NCBI GenBank assembly: GCA_016935735.1
Contig: JAFGQK010000300.1
Location: 3,437 to 67,436, forward strand
DNA from: Spirochaetales bacterium
GTDB taxonomy: Bacteria; Spirochaetota; Spirochaetia; SZUA-6; JAFGRV01
DNA length: 64,000 bases
Direction: 5' to 3'
Both the position numbers and the translations under genes were made by a program. This document shows, piece by piece, positions 25,221 to 36,749 of this stretch; position 1 is the first letter of the stretch, and each line of letters begins with the position of its first letter. The notes under the pieces are model-generated. The model searched no databases and had not been told where the DNA came from. It worked only from the letters and a program-made list of their open reading frames with translations.

Positions 25221-25414
25221 ATGATCCAGATAACGATTTTATTTTACAGCTAAAGAGAAAAGATGTTATTGGTCTTTATATTTCATTAAAACAGTCTGGT
25301 TGTCAATTAACAGATTCCACAGCCAGAATTTTAAAAAAAATCGAGGATTATCTTTATACTTTTCTTACGATTGACCAATTTGAGAATATAGAAGATATTT
25401 ATACAAGCTATTAG
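25217..25414 (+). CDS. Hypothetical small protein (65 aa), ATGA start/stop overlap with the upstream gene
   Basis: A 4-nt overlap with the MBL gene suggests translational coupling. No recognisable motif. Confidence 0.35.
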   Translation: MNDPDNDFILQLKRKDVIGLYISLKQSGCQLTDSTARILKKIEDYLYTFLTIDQFENIEDIYTSY

Positions 25415-25491
25415 GAGTTGCTTTTCATATTGATATTTTATTATCTTCTTAAACTGAATAGATAGGTAATCTATTATAACAAGAGAGGAAT

Positions 25492-26541
25492 ATGGCAATA
25501 CAGATAGTAAAAACCTTTTTTATATTTCTCTGTGTATTATTTGTAATGATGATTTTTTTTGGTATTGGTGTTGTCTATCTGAACAGCCCTCCCGGGACAA
25601 AAAGTTATAATAATACATTTATTATTAAAAAAGGTGAAAGCCTTATCAATATATCAAACAATCTTGAATCAAAGGGAATCATCCGGTCTGCTATCTTTTT
25701 ACGAATCGTGAGTAAATTACTGGAAACAGAGAAAGATTTCAGAGCCGGATATTATAAGATGGAAAAAGGATTTTCCACCTTTGATGTTCATAATCTCTTA
25801 ATTTCAGGAAAACAGACACAGATAAGAATTACTATCCCGGAAGGTTGGACAAAGACAAAGATCGCACGCCATTTTGAAGATTATGGTATTTACCGTACAG
25901 AAGAGATATTGAAAGCAATTCAATCAGAAAATCTTATGAAAAAATATGGCATAAGGGCAAATAATCTGGAGGGATACCTGTTCCCGGATACTTATTTTAT
26001 CAATGAGTCACTGGCAGCAGAAGAAATTATCGAACGGATGGTGAAGAATTTCTTTATAAATTTAAAAGAAATTGTACCTGATTATGAATCAATGAGTAGA
26101 AAACAGATTCATAACAATGTCATTATGGCTTCCATTATTGAAAAGGAATACAGAATATCTGAAGAAGCCCCGATTATTTCATCTGTCTTTTATAACAGAC
26201 TAAAAACACAGATCGGGCTGGAGTCATGCGCTACAATAGAATATATCATTACGGAGATATATGGAGAGCCGCATCCGGAAACAATAACTGCAGAAATGAA
26301 AGCGATCGATTCGCCATACAATACCTATATGTGGTACGGGCTTCCCCCGGGGCCTGTAACCAATCCTGGCAGAATCGCACTTGCCGCTTCATTTCGCCCG
26401 GCACAAACGGATTACTGGTATTTCTGTGTAAAAAATTCTGAAACAGGAGAACATTATTTTTCAAGAACCCTGGAAGAACATAATCAGGCAAAATGGTATT
26501 ACCTGAAAGGCCGCGGCCTGCCTCCAAAAGAAAATGATTAA
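25492..26541 (+). CDS. mltG: Endolytic murein transglycosylase MltG (YceG family)
   Basis: N-terminal TM helix. YceG-like domain motifs (GYYKM, IRITIPEGWT, EGYLFPDTYF, conserved E in ESCATIEY). Confidence 0.8.
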   Translation: MAIQIVKTFFIFLCVLFVMMIFFGIGVVYLNSPPGTKSYNNTFIIKKGESLINISNNLESKGIIRSAIFLRIVSKLLETEKDFRAGYYKMEKGFSTFDVHNLLISGKQTQIRITIPEGWTKTKIARHFEDYGIYRTEEILKAIQSENLMKKYGIRANNLEGYLFPDTYFINESLAAEEIIERMVKNFFINLKEIVPDYESMSRKQIHNNVIMASIIEKEYRISEEAPIISSVFYNRLKTQIGLESCATIEYIITEIYGEPHPETITAEMKAIDSPYNTYMWYGLPPGPVTNPGRIALAASFRPAQTDYWYFCVKNSETGEHYFSRTLEEHNQAKWYYLKGRGLPPKEND

Positions 26542-26574
26542 AATCATTTTTTAAAAAAAAGGAGGTAAGAGTGG

Positions 26575-28368
26575 ATGATACAGGAACTGTATAGAACAGA
26601 AAAGATGGAATCAGGAACAGAAATTAAAGAAGAAATAAAGAGAAAAATTTTTATTTCCGATCTGGTCGGTGAATATGTAGCCCTTAAAAAAAAGGGAACA
26701 AAATACTGGGGTTTGTGTCCATTTCATACGGAAAAAACCCCTTCTTTTACTGTGTCACCGGACAAAGAGATGTATTATTGCTTTGGCTGTCATAAGCACG
26801 GGGATATTTTTACCTTTATCATGGAGATGGAGAAAGTATCATTTCCCGAAGCCCTTAAAATTCTGGCGCAAAAAGCACATATCCCCCTTTCTTTTGAATA
26901 CAATAAAGAAAAGGAATCCCGGAAAGAATTGCTTTTAGAGTTATATAATCGGCTTACCATGAGTTTTCACCATCTCCTTTTGAACAGCGAGAATGCCCGG
27001 CATGCAAGATCGTATCTTGAAGAAAGAGGGGTGAAACCTGGAATAATTTCCACATTTCAACTTGGATATGCTCCCGGTGACCGGAACTGGCTTATGAATT
27101 TTCTTAAAAAAAAGAATTACTCGGAAGAATTTATGGAAACATCCGGGTTGTTTACCCGGAGGAATAATGAACTTGTTCCTTATTTTTATTACAGAATCAT
27201 CTTTCCCATTAAAAACACCAGGGGTCAGGTGATTGCATATGGAGGTCGGAGGCTTTCCGAAGGGGGACCGAAATACCTGAATTCGCCGGAAACACTTATA
27301 TTCAAAAAAGGAAATACATTGTTTAACCTGGATCAGGCTCTGATAAGTGCAAAAGAGTCACACTCTATCTACCTTGTAGAAGGGTATATGGATGTCCTGT
27401 CTCTTTTTCAGGCAGGAATAACAAACTGTGTTGCACCACTTGGAACAGCATTTACGGAAAATCAGGCTGGAATACTTAAGAGGTATGCAGATAAAGTAAT
27501 CCTTTTTTTTGATGGTGATGAGGCAGGGGAGAAGGCAGCTTTAAGGGCAATTGAAATTTGTGAAAGTAAAGGTATTGAATCCGGGGTCGTTGAACCTCAA
27601 GAGGGACTTGATCCGGATGATATTTTACAAAAACATGGTATAAATGGATTGAAAAAAATCATAGAATATCCTATAAATAGTTTTAGATACCTTTTAAATC
27701 GGGCGTTTCTCAAATTCAATAGGGAAACTCCAAAGGGAAAAGAGAATATATTTAATTTTATTTTTCCATATTTAAAAAGAATTGATTCTCAGATAAAACG
27801 GGATGGGTATCTATCTATTCTGGCAGAGTCTTTAAAGGTTGATTTTAAATCTGTGTGGAAAGATTTTCAGAACCAGAACCGGTTTATGGAGGTGAAAGAA
27901 GAGAATCCTGCAAAAAAAAACAGTTTCTTTGAATCTATTTCAGAGGAGTTGTTTTTAATGCTGGCTTTAACTGCAAACAGGGATTCATTTGCCGGTGTAA
28001 GGTGCGATCTTGCACTCGATCATCTTACAGATCCCTTTGCACGGGAAATATATATAGCCCTGGAAGAGAATTTCCGGGAAGGCACTACTTCACTGGAATC
28101 GCTTATGGAGAAAATCGAAAATGAGGAATTATCCTCATTAATCGCAGAAAAGAATACATCCAGTGAGTTTTCGTATCACCCGGAGAAACTTATCTCGGAT
28201 GGAGTTTTACGGATAAAACGTCGATTATTATTAAAGAAGAGGGAAGAAATTTCTTTTTTAATAAATAAATACGAAAAAAGTGAACCCTGGAAGATGAAGG
28301 ATCTTCTTGTCGAGAAAATGATACTTGATAAAGAATATGAGGAGATAAGGAAGAATAAAGATGTCTGA
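26575..28368 (+). CDS. dnaG: DNA primase
   Basis: Zinc-binding [11 protein letters not shown] ... [23 protein letters not shown] ... FDGDEAG. Confidence 0.9.
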   Translation: MIQELYRTEKMESGTEIKEEIKRKIFISDLVGEYVALKKKGTKYWGLCPFHTEKTPSFTVSPDKEMYYCFGCHKHGDIFTFIMEMEKVSFPEALKILAQKAHIPLSFEYNKEKESRKELLLELYNRLTMSFHHLLLNSENARHARSYLEERGVKPGIISTFQLGYAPGDRNWLMNFLKKKNYSEEFMETSGLFTRRNNELVPYFYYRIIFPIKNTRGQVIAYGGRRLSEGGPKYLNSPETLIFKKGNTLFNLDQALISAKESHSIYLVEGYMDVLSLFQAGITNCVAPLGTAFTENQAGILKRYADKVILFFDGDEAGEKAALRAIEICESKGIESGVVEPQEGLDPDDILQKHGINGLKKIIEYPINSFRYLLNRAFLKFNRETPKGKENIFNFIFPYLKRIDSQIKRDGYLSILAESLKVDFKSVWKDFQNQNRFMEVKEENPAKKNSFFESISEELFLMLALTANRDSFAGVRCDLALDHLTDPFAREIYIALEENFREGTTSLESLMEKIENEELSSLIAEKNTSSEFSYHPEKLISDGVLRIKRRLLLKKREEISFLINKYEKSEPWKMKDLLVEKMILDKEYEEIRKNKDV

Positions 28369-30085
28369 ATTGGAGAATGATCCAGCTGTTAAAAAACTGC
28401 TGGAATTTGCCAGAACAAAAAAAATTATCAGTTTTGACGAGGTAAATGATTTCTTACCGGATCATATCATTAATTCTGAAAAAATGGATGATGTCATTGC
28501 AATCCTGGAAAAGAACAAGATCAAACTCCAGGAAGAACAGATAAACCTTGATTTTGAACTTGAAAAGGTTTCCTCGCAAAAGAAGAAACTGGTAAAACAT
28601 ACAAGGGATTCTGCAATTGATGATCCCATAAGGTTATATCTAAAGGAAATCGGGAAAGAGAATTTACTTACAGCAGAACAGGAAGTGATTCTTTCCAAAA
28701 GAATGGAAGACGGCTCTAATATTGTCAAAGAAGTGATTAAATCTTCAGGCCTTTTCATTAATGAATTGTTTATCATTGCCATGAGAATACTTTCAAAAAG
28801 TGATCCAAGGAATATGAACCTTACAAAGAAGCAAATTTCCGAGTTCCTTGCGGAAAAAAGAAGACTAAACCAGGCATACCTGGAGGCATGTAAAGAAAAT
28901 TTTACTCTTTTAAAACAATATATCGATTACAAGAAAAAGTGTGAATATAACGGAAGGGACATTTTTAAGGATAATGAACTTAAGAACATGAAGAGTAATC
29001 TGCAGAAAAAACTTAAGAATGTTGAAATACATAATGTAGAGATTGGGATCCTTTCGGAGCGGTTTTTTAAAGCAAGAAGGGTGATAAAGAATTTCCGGCG
29101 TGAGCAGGACAGGATTAAAAGAAATTTAAATCTTTCAGAGATAAAGGATTTAAGAGGCCTTATGAGGTCTCTTGCCATTCCCAAGGACAGGGAACAGATA
29201 GAAAAAGATCTGAATACTCCTTCGGATGTAATCAAGAAACAGATCCAGGAATTTTACGAATCCAGAAACAAATTAAGAAATCTTGAGTTTGATTTTGAAT
29301 TAACCACCGATAAAATCATAGAAGAAGCAAATGAAATTGCCCGGGGTAAAATAATGCTGGAAAATGCCAAGAACAGGCTTATAAAGGCAAATCTAAGACT
29401 GGTTGTAAGTATTGCAAAAAAATATACAAACCGGGGATTACATTTTTTTGATCTTGTACAGGAAGGAAATATCGGTCTCATAAAAGCCGTGGAAAAGTTC
29501 GAATACAGAAAGGGATATAAATTTTCCACTTATGCAACATGGTGGATCAGGCAGGCGATTACCAGGTCGATTTCAGACCAGGCAAGAACCATCCGTGTGC
29601 CTGTACATATGATAGAACAGATAAACAAAGTGATACGGGAATCCCGTCAGCTTATGCAGATACTGGGAAGAGAACCTTCAAACGAGGAGATTGCAGAACG
29701 TCTGGGCTGGCCGGTAAGCAGGGTGAAATCGGTGAAAAATGTGGCAAGAGAGCCTATTTCCCTGGAAACCCCGATTGGGGAAGAAGATGATTCTTTATTA
29801 GGAGACTTTATCGAGGATAAGGAAGTAGAGAATCCGGCGAGTCAGACAGCTTTCAAACTATTACAGGAGCAACTGGAAGATGTGCTTAAATCGCTGCCCA
29901 AGCGAGAACAGGATGTCCTTAAAATGAGATTCGGTCTTGAAGATGGCTATTCCCTGACACTGGAAGAAGTCGGTTTATATTTCAATGTCACCAGGGAGCG
30001 TATAAGACAGATTGAAGCCAAGGCTTTACGAAGACTCAGACATCCGAAACGGAGCCGGAAGTTGAGAGATTATCTGGATCATTAA
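28361..30085 (+). CDS. rpoD: RNA polymerase sigma-70 factor RpoD
   Basis: Region 2 [38 protein letters not shown]. Region 3 TIRVPVHM. Region 4 LEEVG ... [18 protein letters not shown]. Confidence 0.95.
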   Translation: MSELENDPAVKKLLEFARTKKIISFDEVNDFLPDHIINSEKMDDVIAILEKNKIKLQEEQINLDFELEKVSSQKKKLVKHTRDSAIDDPIRLYLKEIGKENLLTAEQEVILSKRMEDGSNIVKEVIKSSGLFINELFIIAMRILSKSDPRNMNLTKKQISEFLAEKRRLNQAYLEACKENFTLLKQYIDYKKKCEYNGRDIFKDNELKNMKSNLQKKLKNVEIHNVEIGILSERFFKARRVIKNFRREQDRIKRNLNLSEIKDLRGLMRSLAIPKDREQIEKDLNTPSDVIKKQIQEFYESRNKLRNLEFDFELTTDKIIEEANEIARGKIMLENAKNRLIKANLRLVVSIAKKYTNRGLHFFDLVQEGNIGLIKAVEKFEYRKGYKFSTYATWWIRQAITRSISDQARTIRVPVHMIEQINKVIRESRQLMQILGREPSNEEIAERLGWPVSRVKSVKNVAREPISLETPIGEEDDSLLGDFIEDKEVENPASQTAFKLLQEQLEDVLKSLPKREQDVLKMRFGLEDGYSLTLEEVGLYFNVTRERIRQIEAKALRRLRHPKRSRKLRDYLDH

Positions 30086-30088
30086 TAA

Positions 30089-30158
30089 GTCAGAGGACAG
30101 GGGACCAGAGGGTTGGAAGTCAGAAGACCAGAGAGCCAGCAAGTCAGATGGCCAGAAG
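30089..30158 (+). repeat. Second T-depleted polypurine 8-nt periodic array (cagaggac / cagaagac / cagagagc ...) directly after the rpoD stop
   Basis: Same CAGARGAC-like unit family as 5751..5875. About 8 units. Confidence 0.75.
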
Positions 30159-30205
30159 GATAAAAGATACGGAATCCTTATAGAACAAAAGAAGGAGTAG
30201 AACAA

Positions 30206-30946
30206 ATGATGCAGGAAGTTTTTACCAAACTCAGAACTCTTCAGGATATTTTATCGAGGAAATTTGAAATTGAAAGGGATATGAAAGAGATCCCTAAAAT
30301 TCTTACCACGAAAATTGAATTATTGAATCGTTTAAAAAAATCATATGTGGATAAGAATGATGAAATTTCATTTAAAAAGCAGAAGATAAAGGACCTGCGG
30401 GGGAAAATGCTGGGAGCAGAAATGGAAAGGGATAAATATGAACAGCAAATGGATCATGTTAAAACACAACGGGAATATGAAGCCCTGGATAAAGAGATTA
30501 AAACAGCGGCAGAAAAAGAATCCGACTTAAGAACTCAACTCCAGAAAGAGGAGAAAATACTCGAAGAGATGGTTTCAAATATTGAAAGAGAAGAGATAAT
30601 GATTAAAAAGCAGGAGGAAGAAATAAAATCCGAACAATCCAGGATTAAACATGAGTTAAAAGAAAAAAGCAAACTCCTTAAGAATCTGGAAAAGGAAGAG
30701 ACGAAAATAACCCCGGGACTGGATGAAGAAATCCTTTTTAAATTTGAAAGAATTATTAAAAGTAAAGCCGGGGTCGGTATTGTGCCGATCATTCAGGGTA
30801 TATGCACAGGATGTCATATGATTCTTACTTCCCAGTTTACCAATGACGTCCGGCTTCTTGAGAAAATAATGTTTTGTCCAAATTGCAGCCGTATTCTTTT
30901 TTACCAGGAAGTTGAAACAGAAGAAGACATAGGAGAAGAGGACTGA
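30206..30946 (+). CDS. Coiled-coil protein with C-terminal C4 zinc ribbon (COG1579-like)
   Basis: Long heptad-rich helical region followed by CTGCHM ... CPNCSRILF. Confidence 0.6.
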   Translation: MMQEVFTKLRTLQDILSRKFEIERDMKEIPKILTTKIELLNRLKKSYVDKNDEISFKKQKIKDLRGKMLGAEMERDKYEQQMDHVKTQREYEALDKEIKTAAEKESDLRTQLQKEEKILEEMVSNIEREEIMIKKQEEEIKSEQSRIKHELKEKSKLLKNLEKEETKITPGLDEEILFKFERIIKSKAGVGIVPIIQGICTGCHMILTSQFTNDVRLLEKIMFCPNCSRILFYQEVETEEDIGEED

Positions 30947-30970
30947 CTTTTATCTAAAAGTGATTATAAA

Positions 30971-31345
30971 AGACGGGCATGATCATCGCTGTTACTTTTA
31001 TGTAACAGAGGAAAGTCCGGGCTCCATAGAGTAAAATACCGGGTAATACCCGGGTCTGCCCTGTAACAGGGTGGAACAGAAAGTACCACAGAAAAAATAC
31101 CGCCGGCACTCAATTATTGAGTGCAAGGTAAGGGTGAAAAGGCGGGGTAAGAGCCCACCACCTGGCCGGCAACGGACAGGGTATGGCAAACCTTATTTGG
31201 AGTAAAGCCAAGCAGCAGAGGATTACTCGTCCATAATCTGCGGGTAGGCTGCATGAACAAAATGTGAAAGCATTCTGTCAAGACAGATGATGATCACTAT
31301 ACCATGAAAATGGTATTTTACAGAACCCGGCTTATATGCCCGTCT
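30971..31345 (+). ncRNA. rnpB: RNase P RNA (bacterial type A)
   Basis: GAGGAAAGTCCGGGCTCCATAG (P4 5' strand) and ACAGAACCCGGCTTA (P4 3' strand). Perfect 10-bp P1 agacgggcat/atgcccgtct. GNRA-like and conserved A-rich loops (gtaagagcccaccacc, aggtaagggtgaaaaggcgg). Confidence 0.9.
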
Positions 31346-31443
31346 CTTTATTAATTAAGTTTATACACCTCTTTTATAAAAGGAATTGACTTTTTCTTTT
31401 TTTTTCTGTTTAATAAAATCTAACATAGAGAGTTATTATCATT

Positions 31444-32376
31444 ATGAGAAAAGATAAATACATTTATCATTTAAGCGGAAAAAAGAAGAAAAAATGGAGA
31501 ATTGTAATGCTTTTCATCTTTATTTGTTTATTGTGTGCAGCTGGTTATTTTTTTCTTCCGTTTAATAAAATCATACGTTTTTTTTCCGGAAAAGAAAATG
31601 AAATAAATTTAAATAAATTATGGAACAATAAAAATTATGATGAAATTATAAGAATATGCAATGAAAAGCTTTTACAATATCCCCTGCATCCGCTTTATCT
31701 TACCTATAAAGGATTTTCATATTTTTACAAAGCAAAGACAGATACCCAGGAAACAGAAGATCTGTTAACCGAATCAATTCTGGTATTACGAAAGGCAAAG
31801 CTATCGGAAAAATCTCATCTGGAAGGTGAAATCGATTATGTCCTCGGACTGGCATATTTTTTAAAAGGGAAATATTATTATGATCTGACAGTTAAATATA
31901 TGCTTGCTTCCCTGGAAAATAATTATACAGGAATTGATACATACCGGTGCCTGGGGCTTGCATATGGGGGGCTCGGAGATTCCCGGAAAGAACTGGACTT
32001 TTTCTTGAAGGCACTCGAACAGGAAGAAACAGGGTATGCTCTTCTTTCTGTTGGAGAAGCATATTTGAAAAAAAGTGATTATGAAAAGGCAGAGGAATAT
32101 TTATTACGTGCGTTAAATAAAGCAGATGAACCTGAAATTATCGTACAATGCAGATTCAAACTTGGCGAGATATATATGGAAAAGAAGGATTATTTCAAAG
32201 CAGAAGAACAGTATAAGGAAATTATTAGAGTGAATGAAGCTTCTGCAAATGCACATTTTTATTTAGGTGAAGTTTATTATAATTTGAATGACAGGGTGAA
32301 GGCCCGGTCCGAATGGCGGGAAGCATTACGAATTGATCCTTCACATTATGGAGCAAAACTCCGTTATTATAGATAA
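31444..32376 (+). CDS. Tetratricopeptide-repeat protein with N-terminal TM anchor
   Basis: N-terminal hydrophobic helix. Multiple 34-aa TPR-like repeats (AEEYLLRALN ... AEEQYKEIIR ... ARSEWREALRIDP). Confidence 0.6.
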   Translation: MRKDKYIYHLSGKKKKKWRIVMLFIFICLLCAAGYFFLPFNKIIRFFSGKENEINLNKLWNNKNYDEIIRICNEKLLQYPLHPLYLTYKGFSYFYKAKTDTQETEDLLTESILVLRKAKLSEKSHLEGEIDYVLGLAYFLKGKYYYDLTVKYMLASLENNYTGIDTYRCLGLAYGGLGDSRKELDFFLKALEQEETGYALLSVGEAYLKKSDYEKAEEYLLRALNKADEPEIIVQCRFKLGEIYMEKKDYFKAEEQYKEIIRVNEASANAHFYLGEVYYNLNDRVKARSEWREALRIDPSHYGAKLRYYR

Positions 32377-32439
32377 CTGTTTCTTTCTGAAATAAAGAGG
32401 GTATAATGCCCTTTTATCCGGATATATGGAGGTAATACT

Positions 32440-33474
32440 ATGGGGCTAGGAAATATTTTCGAGATTTTTTCTGCAGATATCGGGATTGATCTCGGAACAT
32501 GCAATACACTCGTGTATGTAAAGGGAAGGGGTATTGTCTTAAGTGAACCTTCTGTTGTAGCAGTGGAAAGGGGAACAAAGAAAGTTCTGGCCGTGGGTTT
32601 TGAAGCAAAAAGAATGCTCTGGAAAACCCCTGGTGAAATTATATGTATCCGTCCTTTAAGAGACGGGGTGATTGCGGATTTTGAAACAACGGAAAAGATG
32701 ATCAGGTATTTCGTCGGGAAGGTTCTTCCAAGACGATGGTTTGTAAAACCACGAATGGCCATTGGGGTACCAACCTGTATTACCGAAGTGGAAAAAAGAG
32801 CTGTCCGTGAGAGTGCAGAACAGGCAGGAGCAAGGGATCCTGTTTATCTTATCGAGGAATCCATGGCTGCTGCCATTGGAGCAGACATCCCGATATCCGA
32901 ACCTGCCGGAAATATGTTATGTGATATTGGCGGTGGTACGACAGAGATATCGGTTATATCCCTGGATGGTATGGTTGTTACCAATTCCATACGTGTCGGG
33001 GGGGATGAGTTTGATGAAGCAATTATAAAACATGTCCGGAACGTTCATAATCTCATTATTGGAGAATCAACAGCAGAGAACATTAAAAAAACGATCGGGA
33101 GTGCTATCCCGGATAAAAAGATTGAAAGAATGGAAATAAAGGGAACTGATGCAATTACAGGACTCCCGAGAAAACTTGAACTCGATTCTGTTGAAGTGAG
33201 GGATGCTTTACAGGAACCGATTAATATAGTCATTGATGAGATTAAAAAAACCCTTGGCCAGACACCCCCGGAACTGGCGGCCGATATTATTGAACGCGGT
33301 ATAGTAATGACAGGGGGCGGATCCCTGCTGAAAGGATTTCCGAAACTCATAGCAAAAGAGACCGGTGTTCCATCGATTCTTGCAGAAAATCCGCTTAACT
33401 GCGTTGCCCTTGGTGCAGGGAAGTATCTTGAAATGATACGGAATAATAATAAGAAACTCTATAATATTATGTAA
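32440..33474 (+). CDS. mreB: Rod-shape-determining protein MreB
   Basis: Actin-fold motifs [30 protein letters not shown]. Confidence 0.95.
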   Translation: MGLGNIFEIFSADIGIDLGTCNTLVYVKGRGIVLSEPSVVAVERGTKKVLAVGFEAKRMLWKTPGEIICIRPLRDGVIADFETTEKMIRYFVGKVLPRRWFVKPRMAIGVPTCITEVEKRAVRESAEQAGARDPVYLIEESMAAAIGADIPISEPAGNMLCDIGGGTTEISVISLDGMVVTNSIRVGGDEFDEAIIKHVRNVHNLIIGESTAENIKKTIGSAIPDKKIERMEIKGTDAITGLPRKLELDSVEVRDALQEPINIVIDEIKKTLGQTPPELAADIIERGIVMTGGGSLLKGFPKLIAKETGVPSILAENPLNCVALGAGKYLEMIRNNNKKLYNIM

Positions 33475-34334
33475 TGCGAAGTATCAAATATTTTCTAAAA
33501 AGGTATGTTCATTTAATTATCTTTATTGTTCTTGTATCTCTTTCTTTTATTCTGCTGTTCAGTGCACGGACAGAAGTATTAAAAAGTATAAAATCTTCCG
33601 GGCTTACATTATTTTCATCTTTCCAACTCGGATTTTCAGGAATCTCCGATATTTTTTCCGGTATATCGGGACATTTCCAGGATATAAAAAAGGTAAGAGA
33701 AGAACTGGCATTAACACAGCAAAAACTGGATAAAGCGTATCAGCTTATTGATGAAATCGAGGATTTAAAAAAACAAAATATTAAGCTGAGGGGAGTTATC
33801 GGCTATTCTTTTACCATTCCTTCTCTTTATGATGACAGCATTAGAATTCTTCCAGCCCAGGTTATAGCAAAACAACCCGGGAATTATTCTTCCTGCATGA
33901 CAATAAACAAAGGGAAAAAAGACGGGATAAAAATAAATATGCCGGTAATTGCCCCTTATGAAGAACACCAGGGACTTGTTGGGAAAATTCTAACTGTTGG
34001 AGGAAATACCTCGATTGTCCTGCCTCTTTACAATACATCTTTTTATATTTCTGCACGATTCAAAGATACTGAATACGAGGGACTTATTAATGGATTAGGG
34101 GAAAATATACCCCATATTCTTATGCAATATGTTGCAAAGCATGCAAAAGCAGAGATTAAATACGGTGACCTGGTTATAAGTTCCGGCATGGGAGAACTTT
34201 ATCCCAGGGGAATTCATATTGGAAAAGTAAATGCAATAAAGGCCAAACCCTATGAAACTTCTATGGAATGTGAGATCGTACCGGTAATTGATTTTTCCCG
34301 TCTTGAAAATGTGTATGTTATTATGAAAAGGTAA
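33474..34334 (+). CDS. mreC: Rod-shape-determining protein MreC
   Basis: N-terminal TM, coiled coil, C-terminal beta domain. Operon position after mreB. Confidence 0.8.
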   Translation: MRSIKYFLKRYVHLIIFIVLVSLSFILLFSARTEVLKSIKSSGLTLFSSFQLGFSGISDIFSGISGHFQDIKKVREELALTQQKLDKAYQLIDEIEDLKKQNIKLRGVIGYSFTIPSLYDDSIRILPAQVIAKQPGNYSSCMTINKGKKDGIKINMPVIAPYEEHQGLVGKILTVGGNTSIVLPLYNTSFYISARFKDTEYEGLINGLGENIPHILMQYVAKHAKAEIKYGDLVISSGMGELYPRGIHIGKVNAIKAKPYETSMECEIVPVIDFSRLENVYVIMKR

Positions 34335-34338
34335 CTCT

Positions 34339-34845
34339 ATGGGTGAAAAAATGAGATTAACATTCCTTACTTTTTTTCTCATCGTATGTGCATTACTGCT
34401 GCAATCCACATTATTCAGTATCCTCTCGATTGGAGGAGTAAAACCCGACCTTTCACTCATTGTGCTGATTTTTATCAGCTATAAAAGGGGAAATATGGCA
34501 GGCCAATTCACCGGTTTTTCTGCCGGATTAATTGAAGATTTCCTTGGTCTTACCCCGTTAGGATTTCATTCACTGGTAAAAACGCTTATCGGGTTTTTGT
34601 ACGGGTATATCAAAGGAAGGGTAGTGATTGATATTATCGTAATCCCTGTTCTTTTTGTTACCATAGGAACAATAATTAAACTGTTTTTATGCTGGATTGT
34701 ATCATTAATTTTCTCCATTCAGGCAGTATATGTCAGTTTCTTTCATCTGAATACGATAATAGAAATTATCTATAATGCTGTTCTTACTCCTTTTGTCTTT
34801 AGCCTGCTTAATCTTTTTAAATCTTTTAAAACAGGAGAAACATAA
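34339..34845 (+). CDS. mreD: Rod-shape-determining protein MreD
   Basis: Small polytopic membrane protein placed between mreC and mrdA. Confidence 0.6.
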   Translation: MGEKMRLTFLTFFLIVCALLLQSTLFSILSIGGVKPDLSLIVLIFISYKRGNMAGQFTGFSAGLIEDFLGLTPLGFHSLVKTLIGFLYGYIKGRVVIDIIVIPVLFVTIGTIIKLFLCWIVSLIFSIQAVYVSFFHLNTIIEIIYNAVLTPFVFSLLNLFKSFKTGET

Positions 34846-34850
34846 AAAAA

Positions 34851-36749
34851 ATGACAATGAATTTACCCGCCAACAGGCTGGTAATAAGAATAAGTAAAGC
34901 AAGAATCCTTTTTATCAATATCCTTATTACTGCATCTTTATCCATCCTTATTATTTATCTCTTTACCCTGCAAATTGTGGAAGGAATTAAATATCAAAAA
35001 CGTGCTAAAGAGATATTAAAAAGAGATATACCGATTATTGCACAGCGCGGACAGATATATGATCGTTATTACGATGTTCCCCTTGTGTACAATATCGATT
35101 CATTTGCAGTGAATGTCATTCCCGGGGATATTCCGGATGAAATAAAAGAAGAAGTATTTTTCCGGCTTGCAAGAGTATTACAAATAGAGGTATCTGATGT
35201 CAAAAAGAAAACTCCGGTGAAATACTATAATAATTACCAGCCCCGGGAAATTAAAAGCGGTGTATCGTATCCTAAAATCGCATATATTGCAGAGCATGTC
35301 GAAGATTTTCCAGGGGTAACATGGCACAATAAACCTATACGGGGATATTTTTTTGTTGATTCCCTTGCACATATTCTCGGGTACACAGGTGATATTACCA
35401 ATGACGAATTGAACACATTATATAACAAGGGTTATACCTTGAACTCGACAATCGGGAAATCCGGGATTGAAAAGCAGTATGATTTTATTTTAAAGGGGAA
35501 AGACGGTAAACGATTTAAGATTGTTGATGTAAAAGAAAAACAACTTACGGCAAAGACAGACGAAGATATACCTCCCGAGCCGGGACAAACCCTTGTTCTT
35601 ACCATAGACCGGCATCTGCAGCTTCTTGCACAAAAGGCCCTTGGTGAGCGTATTGGTGCAGTTGTTGTTTTAAAACCGGCAACAGGAGAAATTCTGGCAA
35701 TGGTTTCATATCCCTGGTTTGATCCGGGTATTTTCTACTCGGAATCTGCCGCTGAAAAGTTTAAAGACTTATCCCTGGACATCCGGTTTCCCTTTTTAAA
35801 CCGGGCCATCCAGGCCCAGTATCCACCTGCATCTGTTTTCAAGATTATCATGTCAACCGCGATGATAGAAGAGGGTTCTTTCCCTATTTCTGATATTATA
35901 AATTGTAAAGGAGAAATGGAACTGGGAGACCGTGTGGCACATTGCTGGAAAGAACATGGACATGGGAAAGTTGATTTTTTTAAGGCCTTTGCCAATTCAT
36001 GCAATATTTACTTCTATACAGTCGGGGTGGAAAATATAAAGATTGATTCCATTGTACGTTATGCAAGGATTTTCGGCCTGGGAAGCCAGACAGGAATAGA
36101 TCTCCCGGAGGAATCCCCGGGGTTCTTGCCTACTCCTGAATGGAAATATAAAAAGGAACATATGAAATGGCTGGGAGGGGATACAATGAATATCTCCATA
36201 GGCCAGGGTTGGGTTACTGTAACCCCGCTTCAGCTTGCAAATGTCGTTGCGATGATTGCAAATGAGGGTACTGTTTACAAACCTCATGTATTAAAACAAA
36301 TACGTGACTCTATTACCGGTGATAGTATCAAAGAAATCCAGAGAGAGGAATTACAGAAAGCGCTTATAAGTAAAAAGACCTTTGAACTTGTCAAAAAAGC
36401 CATGCGTACAGTGGTAACAGATGGGACAGGGTATTTTATCACTACCAGGGCGGTAAAAGTCGCAGGAAAAACAGGCACCCCGGAAACAGGACAGGAAGAC
36501 AGGTATCATTCCTGGTTTGCTTCATATGCCCCTTATGATTCCGATAATCCGGAAGACTATGTTGTGGTTGTCGGGATTATCGAGGCTTCCAATATAGAAG
36601 AATGGTGGGCATCAAGGACAGCCAATATCATCTACCAGGGAATATTCGCCAACCAGACCTATGAAGAGGCACTGGTTACCCTGTATCCCTGGATGAGAAA
36701 CAGAATAAAGCAAGCAGAAGAAACACAGAATACGGCGAGTACTGAATGA
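34851..36749 (+). CDS. mrdA: Penicillin-binding protein 2 (peptidoglycan D,D-transpeptidase)
   Basis: N-terminal TM and PBP dimerisation domain. Transpeptidase motifs SVFK (SxxK), SCN, KTGT. Confidence 0.9.
   Translation: MTMNLPANRLVIRISKARILFINILITASLSILIIYLFTLQIVEGIKYQKRAKEILKRDIPIIAQRGQIYDRYYDVPLVYNIDSFAVNVIPGDIPDEIKEEVFFRLARVLQIEVSDVKKKTPVKYYNNYQPREIKSGVSYPKIAYIAEHVEDFPGVTWHNKPIRGYFFVDSLAHILGYTGDITNDELNTLYNKGYTLNSTIGKSGIEKQYDFILKGKDGKRFKIVDVKEKQLTAKTDEDIPPEPGQTLVLTIDRHLQLLAQKALGERIGAVVVLKPATGEILAMVSYPWFDPGIFYSESAAEKFKDLSLDIRFPFLNRAIQAQYPPASVFKIIMSTAMIEEGSFPISDIINCKGEMELGDRVAHCWKEHGHGKVDFFKAFANSCNIYFYTVGVENIKIDSIVRYARIFGLGSQTGIDLPEESPGFLPTPEWKYKKEHMKWLGGDTMNISIGQGWVTVTPLQLANVVAMIANEGTVYKPHVLKQIRDSITGDSIKEIQREELQKALISKKTFELVKKAMRTVVTDGTGYFITTRAVKVAGKTGTPETGQEDRYHSWFASYAPYDSDNPEDYVVVVGIIEASNIEEWWASRTANIIYQGIFANQTYEEALVTLYPWMRNRIKQAEETQNTASTE

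Noticed and set aside
30998-31189. 63-aa ORF on the minus strand
   Set aside because: It lies entirely within the RNase P RNA gene (rnpB, 30971..31345), whose conserved P4 sequences and P1 helix are unambiguous. It is a spurious ORF.
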